The notes under the pieces are model-generated. The model was not told the DNA's origin and did not search any database. It worked only from the letters and a program-made list of their open reading frames with translations. A stretch of DNA of 32,000 nt from the NCBI RefSeq assembly GCF_014639235.1, contig NZ_BMFU01000016.1, positions 1-32,000 of the forward strand, read 5' to 3'. The DNA is from Paenibacillus silvae. GTDB lineage: Bacteria; Bacillota; Bacilli; Paenibacillales; Paenibacillaceae. Below are positions 22,178 through 30,783 of this stretch, in pieces. The first letter of the stretch is position 1. Each line of letters opens with the position of its first letter. The translations under genes were made by a program, and so were the position numbers.

Positions 22178-23380
22178 ATGAAGAAATATCTGCTCATGCT
22201 GCTGTCTATTGTGATCATCATGCCGATGTTAAGCGGCTGCTGGGATCGTCAGGAGTTAAATCAGCTCGGGATTGTGCTGGGTCTTGGGGTAGACAAGGAC
22301 GGAGACCGGATCAAAGTCAGTGCGCAGGTGGTGGTGCCCAACGAGGTTTCCTCCAGAGCTCGGGGTGGCAAGGGGACTCCCGTGACCCAATATCAAGCCA
22401 CCGCCCGTACGCTGCTTGAGGCGATTCAGAAGCTTACCGAGACCAGTCCGCGCGCTATTTTTCTTTCCCATGTACGGGTACTCGTTTTCGGTGAGGCGTT
22501 CGCACGAGAGGAAGGCATTTATGACATTGTTGAGGCACTGATGCGAGAGCCTAGTGCAAGACCAGACTATTATGTCATGGTTGCACGCAAAACAACTGCT
22601 TCGCAAATACTGGATATGTTGACACCGCTGGATAACCTTCCTGCGGAGAAGCTGTTCAATGCACTCGATATTTCATCCAAAAGCTGGGCTCCGACAACGA
22701 CCGTAACAACCGATAAGCTGATGCAATACATTCTCACTCCCAGCATGTCCCCGGTTATTACCGGAGTCGAGATTAACGGAGATCCTGTGATTGGTGGAGA
22801 AGCGAAAAATATCGAATCCATCAAGTCCCCAGCTACTCTTCATTTCAGCGGCCTGAGTGTGTTTAAGAAGGATAAGCTTGTTGGATGGCTTGATGAGAAC
22901 CATTCGAAAGGATATAACTACATTCGCGACAATGTGAAATCAACCATTGGTGCCGTGAACTGCCCGGGAGGGGGATATGTCACCTTAAAAACACTTCGTA
23001 CCTCTACCAAACACAGTGTCAAAATGGTCAATGGCGAGCCTCAAATCAGGATTAAGGTTGACAATGTATCTACTGTCGGCTCCGTCGAATGTGATATGGA
23101 GATTGGCTCGATGACAGCCATTAAGGAAATAGAGCAGATTGCGCAGGAAAGAATCGTTGAACTGATGAAAGAAACCGTCAGTCAGGTGCGCAGAAAATAC
23201 CATGTCGATATTTTCGGTTTTGGACAGGATATCTATCATAAATACCCCAAGCTTTACAAAAAAGAAGAACAATCCTGGGACGACTATTTTATGAATCTGG
23301 ATATCAAGTACGAGTCTAATGTGCAGATTCGGCGGATCGGTACGCTGGATAACTCATTTAACAAAAAAGCCAAGGAGTGA
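22178..23380 (+). CDS. spore germinant receptor C subunit (Ger(x)C lipoprotein)
   Basis: Signal peptide with lipobox MLSGC followed by WDRQELNQLGIV, the canonical Ger(x)C N-terminus. About 400 aa. Confidence 0.9.
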   Translation: MKKYLLMLLSIVIIMPMLSGCWDRQELNQLGIVLGLGVDKDGDRIKVSAQVVVPNEVSSRARGGKGTPVTQYQATARTLLEAIQKLTETSPRAIFLSHVRVLVFGEAFAREEGIYDIVEALMREPSARPDYYVMVARKTTASQILDMLTPLDNLPAEKLFNALDISSKSWAPTTTVTTDKLMQYILTPSMSPVITGVEINGDPVIGGEAKNIESIKSPATLHFSGLSVFKKDKLVGWLDENHSKGYNYIRDNVKSTIGAVNCPGGGYVTLKTLRTSTKHSVKMVNGEPQIRIKVDNVSTVGSVECDMEIGSMTAIKEIEQIAQERIVELMKETVSQVRRKYHVDIFGFGQDIYHKYPKLYKKEEQSWDDYFMNLDIKYESNVQIRRIGTLDNSFNKKAKE

Positions 23381-23386
23381 GGACAA

Positions 23387-23623
23387 GTGCTGCTTTCCAT
23401 TACAGTTGTGGTTGTTGGGTGCCTTATGGGGGTGATTGATTTACCCAAGCTGTTTAAGCGCAAGGAATGGAAAGAAGTGATTGTGTATTCTGTCCTGCTG
23501 CTAACCGGCGTTTTTTTTGGGATCATTGCCGTTAATTTATGGGAGTTTCCAAGCCCCCTCTACATTATTATCTGGATCTACAAACCCGTTAATCAATTAC
23601 TCGCCTATATCACAGGAAGCTAG
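23387..23623 (+). CDS. small two-TM membrane protein inside the ger operon (possible D-type germinant-receptor subunit)
   Basis: 78 aa with two hydrophobic helices (LLSITVVVVGCLMGVI; VIVYSVLLLTGVFFGIIAVNL). GTG start with a GGAGTGAGG Shine-Dalgarno. Packed 6 nt after gerC-type and 20 nt before gerB-type genes. Confidence 0.55.
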   Translation: MLLSITVVVVGCLMGVIDLPKLFKRKEWKEVIVYSVLLLTGVFFGIIAVNLWEFPSPLYIIIWIYKPVNQLLAYITGS

Positions 23624-23643
23624 CTCAAGGGAGTTGACACACT

Positions 23644-24753
23644 ATGCCGGAGCATGGGCGGCTCGGAATAAGACAACTAACGATCCTAACCATTATGACC
23701 ATTGTTGGCGACATGATGATGATCTACCCTTCGGTCATCGCGAACTATTCCGGCCAAAATGCCTGGCTCAATGCATTCATAGGTATTCCGCTTGGTATGG
23801 GATTAATGTATCTGTATGTGAAACTGGCGGATACCTACCCAGGCGAAAATCTGTTTGGCATTTTGCGGAACATCCTCGGGTATTGGCCAGGAACCCTCGT
23901 ATCGCTGTTTTACCTTATGTATTTTATATTTGGCTCGTCGACACAAGCACGAGTTGTCGGGGATTTTATGACCAGTGAGATATTTTTGCTTACTCCGATT
24001 CGCGTTGTGCTTCTTATTTTTTTCATTGTCATTGGATGGGGGATATTCAACGGTCTGGAGACGATTGGACGAAGCGGTGAGATTTTATTGCCAATTGTGA
24101 CCGTATTTATGTTTATTCTGGTCATCTGCTTGCTTCCGCAGACTGACCACAAACAGCTCCTGCCATTTACAGATACAACCATGAAGCAAATTACGGAAGG
24201 GCTTCTGGTCAGTTTCATCTATCCCGTTGGTGAAGCGATCCCCATTCTGATGCTTATACCCTACGTTAACCAAGAGGCCCATCGTACACGCGACCTTGTC
24301 ATAGGCGCAGGCTTCGGCAATTTCCTAATGGCTGTTCTGGTTACGACATCTATGCTGGTTATGGGCCTTTTCCTTACCCAGCACAATATTTTTGGCTCCT
24401 TTGTGTTATCCCAGAAGATCAACATCGCAAACTTTTTTCAACGTATTGAGGTGCTGATGGCCTCATCCTGGCTGATCTCTACCTATTTTAAAAGCACCAT
24501 CTACCTCTATGCCTTCATCATCGGTACGGCAGAACTGTTTGGCTTCAAAACCTCAAGGTTTCTCGTTTTACCTTCGGTTCTGATCGCCTTTGCTCTTTCT
24601 AATATTGTATCACCTACGATAACCTTTATCGTTACTCTCGTCATTCCATACTGGCTGGATTGGGACATCACAATGTGTCTGATTTTCCCGGTTATGCTAT
24701 TAATCATTCACCTGATCAAAAACAAGGTACGCTTCAAAAAAAATACGGTTTAA
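23644..24753 (+). CDS. spore germinant receptor B subunit (GerAB/spore permease family), copy 1
   Basis: 369 aa, ~10 TM. IRQLTILTIMTIVGDMMMIYPS and FFQRIEVLMASSWL are typical of the Spore_permease/APC-related B subunits. Confidence 0.88.
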   Translation: MPEHGRLGIRQLTILTIMTIVGDMMMIYPSVIANYSGQNAWLNAFIGIPLGMGLMYLYVKLADTYPGENLFGILRNILGYWPGTLVSLFYLMYFIFGSSTQARVVGDFMTSEIFLLTPIRVVLLIFFIVIGWGIFNGLETIGRSGEILLPIVTVFMFILVICLLPQTDHKQLLPFTDTTMKQITEGLLVSFIYPVGEAIPILMLIPYVNQEAHRTRDLVIGAGFGNFLMAVLVTTSMLVMGLFLTQHNIFGSFVLSQKINIANFFQRIEVLMASSWLISTYFKSTIYLYAFIIGTAELFGFKTSRFLVLPSVLIAFALSNIVSPTITFIVTLVIPYWLDWDITMCLIFPVMLLIIHLIKNKVRFKKNTV

Positions 24754-24780
24754 AGACTTTACACAAAGGAGCTCACCATC

Positions 24781-25905
24781 ATGCTTATTCAGGAGAAGCT
24801 TACCATTCGGCAATTGTCAATCATTGCTTTTCTGGGCATCATTGGCGATATGATGTTGATCTATCCCACACTCATTGCCTATTCAGGCCATCAGGATGCC
24901 TGGATCTGCTCTCTCCTCTCACAAGTTTTGGGGTTGGGCATCTTATGGCTGATCTACAAAATGCATCAGATGTACCCCGGCCTCAGTCTGATTGAGATAT
25001 GTTCGGAAGTGCTTGGTAAATGGATTGGTGCCATTTTGGCAGCAGGATACTTATTTTACTTTCTTATAGGGGCTGCAGTATGCATACGTGAAGTCGGTGA
25101 TTTTATGACCACTCAGGTTTATCTTAGAACCCCGATACGGGCTATTATCCTTCTTTTTGTTGTCACATTAGGGTGGGCTGCACTTAAAGGACTAGGCACC
25201 TTCGGTCGAAGTGCTGAAATTCTTGCACCGTTCATTGTTCTAAGCCTGATTATACTGATCTGCTGTTTGCTGCCTAAGGCCGATTCTTCGAATCTGAAGC
25301 CTTTTCTCAATACTCCGCTCTTCTCATTTATTAACGGGATTGTACGGGGGGCCACCGTCTCTTATGGAGAACTTATCGTCATATCGATGTATCTCCCCTA
25401 TGTTGCACATGGTGTACACAAACGTCGGGATATGTTCCTGGGAACATTACTCGGAGGGATTATGCTTACCTCATTTCTTCTCATCGGACTGCTGGTAGTG
25501 GGAGCTGAGCAGACACAGCATAACATCTACATATCGTATATTCTCGCGCAAAAAATAAATATCGGTGACTTCATTCAACGAATTGAAGCCCTGATCGCGA
25601 CAGCCTGGCTTGCCTCCACCTTCATCAAAACGTTCCTTTACAGCTTCGGGTTCATTCTTGGCCTTGCGCAACTAACACGGATGAATTCCTACAAGCCACT
25701 GATCCTGCCAACCATGTTATTGTTATTTGCAATGTCTGTTGTCATTTCTCCAAATGCAATCTTCTACACCCTCACCATTATGTATGCGTGGTTCGATTGG
25801 GATTTTACGGTTAGCATCATCATTCCTGTCTTCCTGCTGCTTATCTCGCTTTTGAAAAGACGGTCCAAGCAGCAGCGCAGCGGCAAAGCCCTTTCTCATA
25901 AATAA
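24781..25905 (+). CDS. spore germinant receptor B subunit, copy 2 (paralogue)
   Basis: 374 aa, collinear with copy 1 (IRQLSIIAFLGIIGDMMLIYPT...FIQRIEALIATAWL) but clearly diverged. Confidence 0.88.
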   Translation: MLIQEKLTIRQLSIIAFLGIIGDMMLIYPTLIAYSGHQDAWICSLLSQVLGLGILWLIYKMHQMYPGLSLIEICSEVLGKWIGAILAAGYLFYFLIGAAVCIREVGDFMTTQVYLRTPIRAIILLFVVTLGWAALKGLGTFGRSAEILAPFIVLSLIILICCLLPKADSSNLKPFLNTPLFSFINGIVRGATVSYGELIVISMYLPYVAHGVHKRRDMFLGTLLGGIMLTSFLLIGLLVVGAEQTQHNIYISYILAQKINIGDFIQRIEALIATAWLASTFIKTFLYSFGFILGLAQLTRMNSYKPLILPTMLLLFAMSVVISPNAIFYTLTIMYAWFDWDFTVSIIIPVFLLLISLLKRRSKQQRSGKALSHK

Positions 25906-25956
25906 ACAGGCTGCATCGGAATGGACTCTGTCTCTGTCCATAGATGCAGCCTGTTT
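25904..25956. terminator. bidirectional terminator between the ger operon and bcp
   Basis: AAACAGGCTGCATC (25904-25917) pairs perfectly with GATGCAGCCTGTTT (25943-25956). The flanking A-run and T-run allow function in both directions. Confidence 0.7.
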
Positions 25957-25965
25957 GTCAGAAGT

Positions 25966-26430
25966 CTAGAGCCCTTTTACTGTCTCCAGTGCTTCTTCAA
26001 TATGCCCCTTCACACGTACCTTGGTCCACTGCTTGATCAATTTGCCCTCTTCGTCCAGCAGGAAGGTTGAACGAACAATGCCCATGTATTCCTTGCCATA
26101 CATCTTCTTCAGCTGCCACGCTCCAAACTGCTCGGCAACGACATGTTCCTCATCCGACAACAGGATGAAAGGTAATCCGTACTTGGCAATAAACTTGTCA
26201 TGCTGCTTCATCGGATCGGTGCTGATGCCCAGAATGACCGTGTTCAGTCCTTGGAACTCCTCATGACGGTCACGGAAGTCACAGGCTTGCTGCGTGCAAG
26301 AAGAAGTCATGTCTTTCGGATAGAAGTAGACCAATACTCGTTTACCACGAAAATCGGATAATCTCACGGACTCTCCGGTGCTGGATGGCAGTTCGAAATC
26401 AGGAACTTGTACGCCTTCAGTTAAAGTCAT
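25966..26430 (-). CDS. bcp: thioredoxin-dependent thiol peroxidase (Bcp/PrxQ peroxiredoxin)
   Basis: VLVYFYPKDMTSSCTQQACDF carries the peroxidatic Cys and the resolving Cys five residues later. The ATG at 26430 (MTLTEGV...) follows a GAAGGAGG Shine-Dalgarno; the ORF track starts 18 nt upstream. Confidence 0.9.
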   Translation of the reverse strand: MTLTEGVQVPDFELPSSTGESVRLSDFRGKRVLVYFYPKDMTSSCTQQACDFRDRHEEFQGLNTVILGISTDPMKQHDKFIAKYGLPFILLSDEEHVVAEQFGAWQLKKMYGKEYMGIVRSTFLLDEEGKLIKQWTKVRVKGHIEEALETVKGL

Positions 26431-26545
26431 TTTCAGATCCTCCTTCATATTTCTCGGTATGAAACCTTCGGAATTAACGTTTTGAAATCCTTTAAGTTCA
26501 CTCTCTGAAAAATCCAGATATTCACGTTACGTTACCTGTCGGTGG

Positions 26546-27331
26546 TTATGAGCCCGCTCCCCGATACCGTTTCACTCCAAAGTTCCATAAGGTAAGCCCA
26601 ATCGTTGCAAACACCAGTCCCATGACTGGGGTCAGCAGTGCCATGCGATGCATCTCGGCTCGATCCAGGAACAGAGCTGCTGGATAGATGCCAACAAAGG
26701 CAAACGGGATAATCCAGGTGAGCAGCACCTGAATCGCCCGGTTATAGATCGTTACAGGGTAACGTCCATATCCTTGAATGTTATACATCAGCGGCAAAAT
26801 GCCAGTCGGCGCATCCGAATAAAAGGATAGCGATGTCAGTGTAGTGTAAATCCCCGCGTAGATCAGAACTGAACTGATCGCCAGAATGATTAATGCTGGA
26901 ATATGCCACCATTCAAGCACCAGCCCCATCTCCGCACCGCTGATGATCATAATGATCAGACCGATGAATGAGCCCACAAGGGAGGGCGGGTCCACATTTT
27001 CCAGCAAAATCTGAAACAGATTGTGTGCCGGACGAGTCAGAATGCGATCCATCTCCCCTTTGACGATATACCGCTCACTGAACCCCCACAAATTGATGAA
27101 GCAGCTGAAGATACCGTATGGCACCATAAAGTACCCGTAAACAAACAACACTTCTGCCTCACTCCACCCGCCAAGATTGTCTGTATGACGGAAAACCACA
27201 AAGATAAAGATCAAATTGGTTGCCTGAAACAACAGATCCGAGATGATCTCCACCCAGAAGTCGGCACGGTACGTCAGACGTGTCTTCATGTAATTTTTTA
27301 AATATTCCCAGATCAGACCCATATAGTACAT
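26546..27331 (-). CDS. ABC-2-type transporter permease
   Basis: 261 aa with six predicted TM helices. Last gene of a three-gene ATPase-permease-permease operon. Confidence 0.72.
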   Translation of the reverse strand: MYYMGLIWEYLKNYMKTRLTYRADFWVEIISDLLFQATNLIFIFVVFRHTDNLGGWSEAEVLFVYGYFMVPYGIFSCFINLWGFSERYIVKGEMDRILTRPAHNLFQILLENVDPPSLVGSFIGLIIMIISGAEMGLVLEWWHIPALIILAISSVLIYAGIYTTLTSLSFYSDAPTGILPLMYNIQGYGRYPVTIYNRAIQVLLTWIIPFAFVGIYPAALFLDRAEMHRMALLTPVMGLVFATIGLTLWNFGVKRYRGAGS

Positions 27332-27335
27332 TCTC

Positions 27336-28130
27336 TTATCCCCCTTGCACGAACAGACGCTTGCGCGCCTGCCGCCAGATCAGTACCATCGGCAGCAGCA
27401 AAAGGACAAACCAGAGCACCTGAATACCGAGTACATTCCAGATACCCGTGCCCTCCACTCTGCCAGTGAAAACCGAGCCGGGCAAATACGTGATCGCCTG
27501 AAACGGCAGCACCTTCATGATCATGGACAACCAGTCCGGGTACAAGCTGATTGGAATGATGAGGCCCGAGAACAGATCGACTACCACACGTTTCATGCGC
27601 ATCATGCCTTCGTTATTTTCTACGAAAAACGCGGCCAGTCCCGTAATGACATTAATCTGGGAATTAATAAGGAAACTGAAAAACAGCATGACCAGGAAAC
27701 CAATCCACGCCGAAGGCGCTGTTGGAAGCTGCACAGGGAAAAGCAGAATCGCAATGAGCATGCCTGGAATCATCAGCAGCAGGAATCGGAAGATGCCTTC
27801 CCCAAGCCCCTGCATCATTTTGACCATCACATAGTTAATCGGTCGTATAAACTGAATCGCAATGGAGCCATCCCGAATGTCAGCTGCAATTTCCCGATCC
27901 AGGTTGTTAAAATAAAACGCACGCGCCATCCACGAGACAGCAACATACGTTGTCATCTGTGCCGCGGTAAAACCGCCAATCTCCCCGCTGCTTCCATAAA
28001 TAGCTTGCCATGTAAAGTAATACACGCCAATATTCAGCGTATATATCAAAATGCCGGAATAATAATTGACTCGATACGCAAGCATCGTCAGAAAACGAAT
28101 GCGCATGAAATCGATAAATGCACTGTTCAT
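27336..28130 (-). CDS. ABC-2-type transporter permease
   Basis: ~264 aa with six predicted TM helices. The ATG at 28130 lies 1 nt after the ATPase stop; the ORF track uses an upstream GTG at 28142. Confidence 0.72.
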   Translation of the reverse strand: MNSAFIDFMRIRFLTMLAYRVNYYSGILIYTLNIGVYYFTWQAIYGSSGEIGGFTAAQMTTYVAVSWMARAFYFNNLDREIAADIRDGSIAIQFIRPINYVMVKMMQGLGEGIFRFLLLMIPGMLIAILLFPVQLPTAPSAWIGFLVMLFFSFLINSQINVITGLAAFFVENNEGMMRMKRVVVDLFSGLIIPISLYPDWLSMIMKVLPFQAITYLPGSVFTGRVEGTGIWNVLGIQVLWFVLLLLPMVLIWRQARKRLFVQGG

Positions 28131-28131
28131 C

Positions 28132-29178
28132 CTAGGTAGCACCTACCGCTTCTTTATCTGCCGACACAATCTCCGGGCGCTCTGCCGAACCCGACTGGTA
28201 AATGCTGCGCACAATCTCATCCGTATTCGTCTCAATAATCTGAATGTCTGTAATATCTGCCTGACCCACCACACGTCCCAGCACATCTGACACGTTCAGC
28301 TCCAGCGGAATCCACACGGAAGCCGACAACTCATTCTCCACGGTCCAGCGAACAGGCATTGCAGCTGTCCATTCCTGCATCTGCGTGATGCTGTGGCCTG
28401 TGCCAAATTTGAAGCGAACCTCCCTCTCTGTGCCCCACTGGGACTTGAGATGATCCAGGCCACCGTCATAGATGATGCTGCCTGCATCCAGCATGATGAC
28501 ACGCGAACACAAGGCTTCGATATCCTGCAAGTCATGTGTCGTTAACAAAATGGTTGTACCATGCTGTTCATTCATGTCTTTCAGGAACTCGCGGATTTCA
28601 GACTTTACCACGATATCCAGCCCAATGGTCGGCTCATCCAGGAACACGATACCCGGGTTGTGCAGCAAGGCTGCCACCAGTTCACAGCGCATGCGCTGTC
28701 CAAGACTGAGCTTGCGCACCGGGCGATTCAGCAGCTCCTGCAGCTGCAGACGCTCAACGAGCTCATCCAGACGTTTGCGGAAATCCTGCTCTCCTACCCG
28801 GTACACTTTGCGCAGCAGATGGAAGGATTCAATCACGCCGATATCCCACCATAGCTGGCTGCGCTGCCCAAATACCACACCAATATTTTTGACAAACTTC
28901 TCACGTTCCTGATATGGAACATATCCACCTACTGATATATGCCCGGATGTAGGCACCAAAATGCCGGTTAACATCTTGATCGTTGTTGATTTGCCGGCAC
29001 CGTTCTCTCCAATATATCCGCATATTTCGCCCTGCGGTATCTGAAATGAAATATCATTCACAGCCAATACTTCCTGGTATTGACGTTTGAACAGATCCTG
29101 AAACGCGCCCTTTAGCCCGCCACGGCTTTTCTGGACGTTAAACGACTTACGCAAGTCTTTGACATCAATCGCCAGCAT
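28132..29178 (-). CDS. ABC transporter ATP-binding protein
   Basis: Walker A GENGAGKST, Q-loop, signature LSLGQRMR, Walker B IVFLDEPTIGLD, H-loop TTHD. An extra ~100-aa C-terminal domain is present. Confidence 0.92.
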   Translation of the reverse strand: MLAIDVKDLRKSFNVQKSRGGLKGAFQDLFKRQYQEVLAVNDISFQIPQGEICGYIGENGAGKSTTIKMLTGILVPTSGHISVGGYVPYQEREKFVKNIGVVFGQRSQLWWDIGVIESFHLLRKVYRVGEQDFRKRLDELVERLQLQELLNRPVRKLSLGQRMRCELVAALLHNPGIVFLDEPTIGLDIVVKSEIREFLKDMNEQHGTTILLTTHDLQDIEALCSRVIMLDAGSIIYDGGLDHLKSQWGTEREVRFKFGTGHSITQMQEWTAAMPVRWTVENELSASVWIPLELNVSDVLGRVVGQADITDIQIIETNTDEIVRSIYQSGSAERPEIVSADKEAVGAT

Positions 29179-29418
29179 GATTATACCTCACTTGGATTTT
29201 GTTGAAATTGCTTGTAGCCCAAAAAGAAATTATAATAGTAACAGTCAAAATTCAGCAAGCTATAAAAATAGTTCGAAGCGGCCTCCTCTGCCTTGTGTCT
29301 GGAGGGGAAGCGAACGGAAAGCTTCGACTGAACCGCAGCATCACATGTTTTGATGATCCGCAACTTTACACGTTCTGAACTCGTTTATTTTTTATCTCAA
29401 ATACAAAGGAGCGCTAGC

Positions 29419-30459
29419 ATGACCAGAAAGACGAAGAGGACCATATGGATCTCTCTCGCCGCCTTCGTGTTAATTGTCGGTGGTGTCGTGTCCTACTATT
29501 TCGGTTCTATTCTTAATCAGTTGGATGGTTTGCAGAAAAAAGGCGAGGACTCGCCATTTGCCAATATTGAAAATGTGGAGAAAGTGAACACACCTGATCC
29601 GCCAAAATGGGAAGGCACCGAAACCGTTAATATATTGGTGATGGGTGTCGATGCACGCGGTCTGAAAAAGGGTGAAGTGCCCCGTTCCGACAGCATGATG
29701 GTGGTTTCGCTTGACCCGTTGACCAAAAAAATCAATCTTTTCTCCATTCTGCGTGACACTTACGTGAATATCGACGGATACGGTAAAGACCGGATTAATA
29801 CAGCGATTACGCATGGCCCAAATGTCGCAATGGAGGCGGCGAGCGACCTGCTCGGTATCCCTGTCCAGTATTATGTGTATACCGATTTCCAAGGATTCAT
29901 CAAATTGGTCGATGCCGTTGGCGGTGTAGACTTTGATGTCGAGAAGGACATGCATTATACAAGTAAAGCGGACAACAACGAGTATGATATTGATCTGAAA
30001 AAAGGATACCAGCATCTCGACGGCAAAACAGCCTTGATGTACGTTCGTTTCCGTCATGATGCGATGTCTGACTTCGCTCGTTCCGAGCGTCAGCGTGAGC
30101 TGCTGAAAGCTGTAACAGCGAAGATGCAGTCTACCACAACGATCGCAAAGCTGCCTTCCATTCTTGAGCAAGTAAGCCCGTATGTAGACACCAACCTTAC
30201 GCTTTCCGACATGTGGAAGCTGGGCGGACTTGGGTACCAAAGCAGCATGAATGGCAGTGAACAGGTTCCACCAATGAATCTGTTAAAAGAAGAGCGTACA
30301 CCTGGCGGTGCTCAAGTGTTGTCTGTAACCAGTGAAGAAAAGCTGAAACAGCATGTGCAGGATATCATTCACCCGCCAGCCCAGACAGAAGAACCGCAAA
30401 GCAAGGAAGACAAAACAGCCAGCGGGGATGAAAAAAATTCACAGCAGCCGGCGCAATAG
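29419..30459 (+). CDS. LytR-CpsA-Psr (LCP) family cell-wall glycopolymer ligase
   Basis: An N-terminal TM anchor (IWISLAAFVLIVGGVVSYYF) is followed by the LCP core NILVMGVDARG...PRSDSMMVVSLDP...DRINTA...RFRHD...SDFARSERQRELL. The ATG at 29419 follows an AAAGGAG Shine-Dalgarno. Confidence 0.88.
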   Translation: MTRKTKRTIWISLAAFVLIVGGVVSYYFGSILNQLDGLQKKGEDSPFANIENVEKVNTPDPPKWEGTETVNILVMGVDARGLKKGEVPRSDSMMVVSLDPLTKKINLFSILRDTYVNIDGYGKDRINTAITHGPNVAMEAASDLLGIPVQYYVYTDFQGFIKLVDAVGGVDFDVEKDMHYTSKADNNEYDIDLKKGYQHLDGKTALMYVRFRHDAMSDFARSERQRELLKAVTAKMQSTTTIAKLPSILEQVSPYVDTNLTLSDMWKLGGLGYQSSMNGSEQVPPMNLLKEERTPGGAQVLSVTSEEKLKQHVQDIIHPPAQTEEPQSKEDKTASGDEKNSQQPAQ

Positions 30460-30656
30460 ACACCTCATGTGAAACATCATTTTTTTGAGTAAGAGTCTAT
30501 GTCCAAGCTAACTTGGTAATTGTAATTATTGTTTCAACTATTCCTGTAAGTCATGCTCCAAACCTATATTAAGGCAGCACTAAACGTAATCATGAACAGG
30601 TAGTTATCGTCTGTAACGATATCGTTTATAACACAGCCATGAACGGATTCAATCTC

Positions 30657-30684
30657 GAAAGGGCAGCCTAGATGCTGCCCTTTC
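30657..30684. terminator. GC-rich hairpin in the LCP-gsaB intergenic region
   Basis: GAAAGGGCAGC-CTAGAT-GCTGCCCTTTC perfect 11-bp stem. No strong T-run follows, so function (terminator or regulatory) is uncertain. Confidence 0.3.
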
Positions 30685-30783
30685 GCTATGCCAGAACGCA
30701 AAAGTATGCGAAAATAATCATATCCTTCCAATGTGATGATCATATAAACTTTGGAACTACAAAAGGAAAGGAAGTTATCTTTT

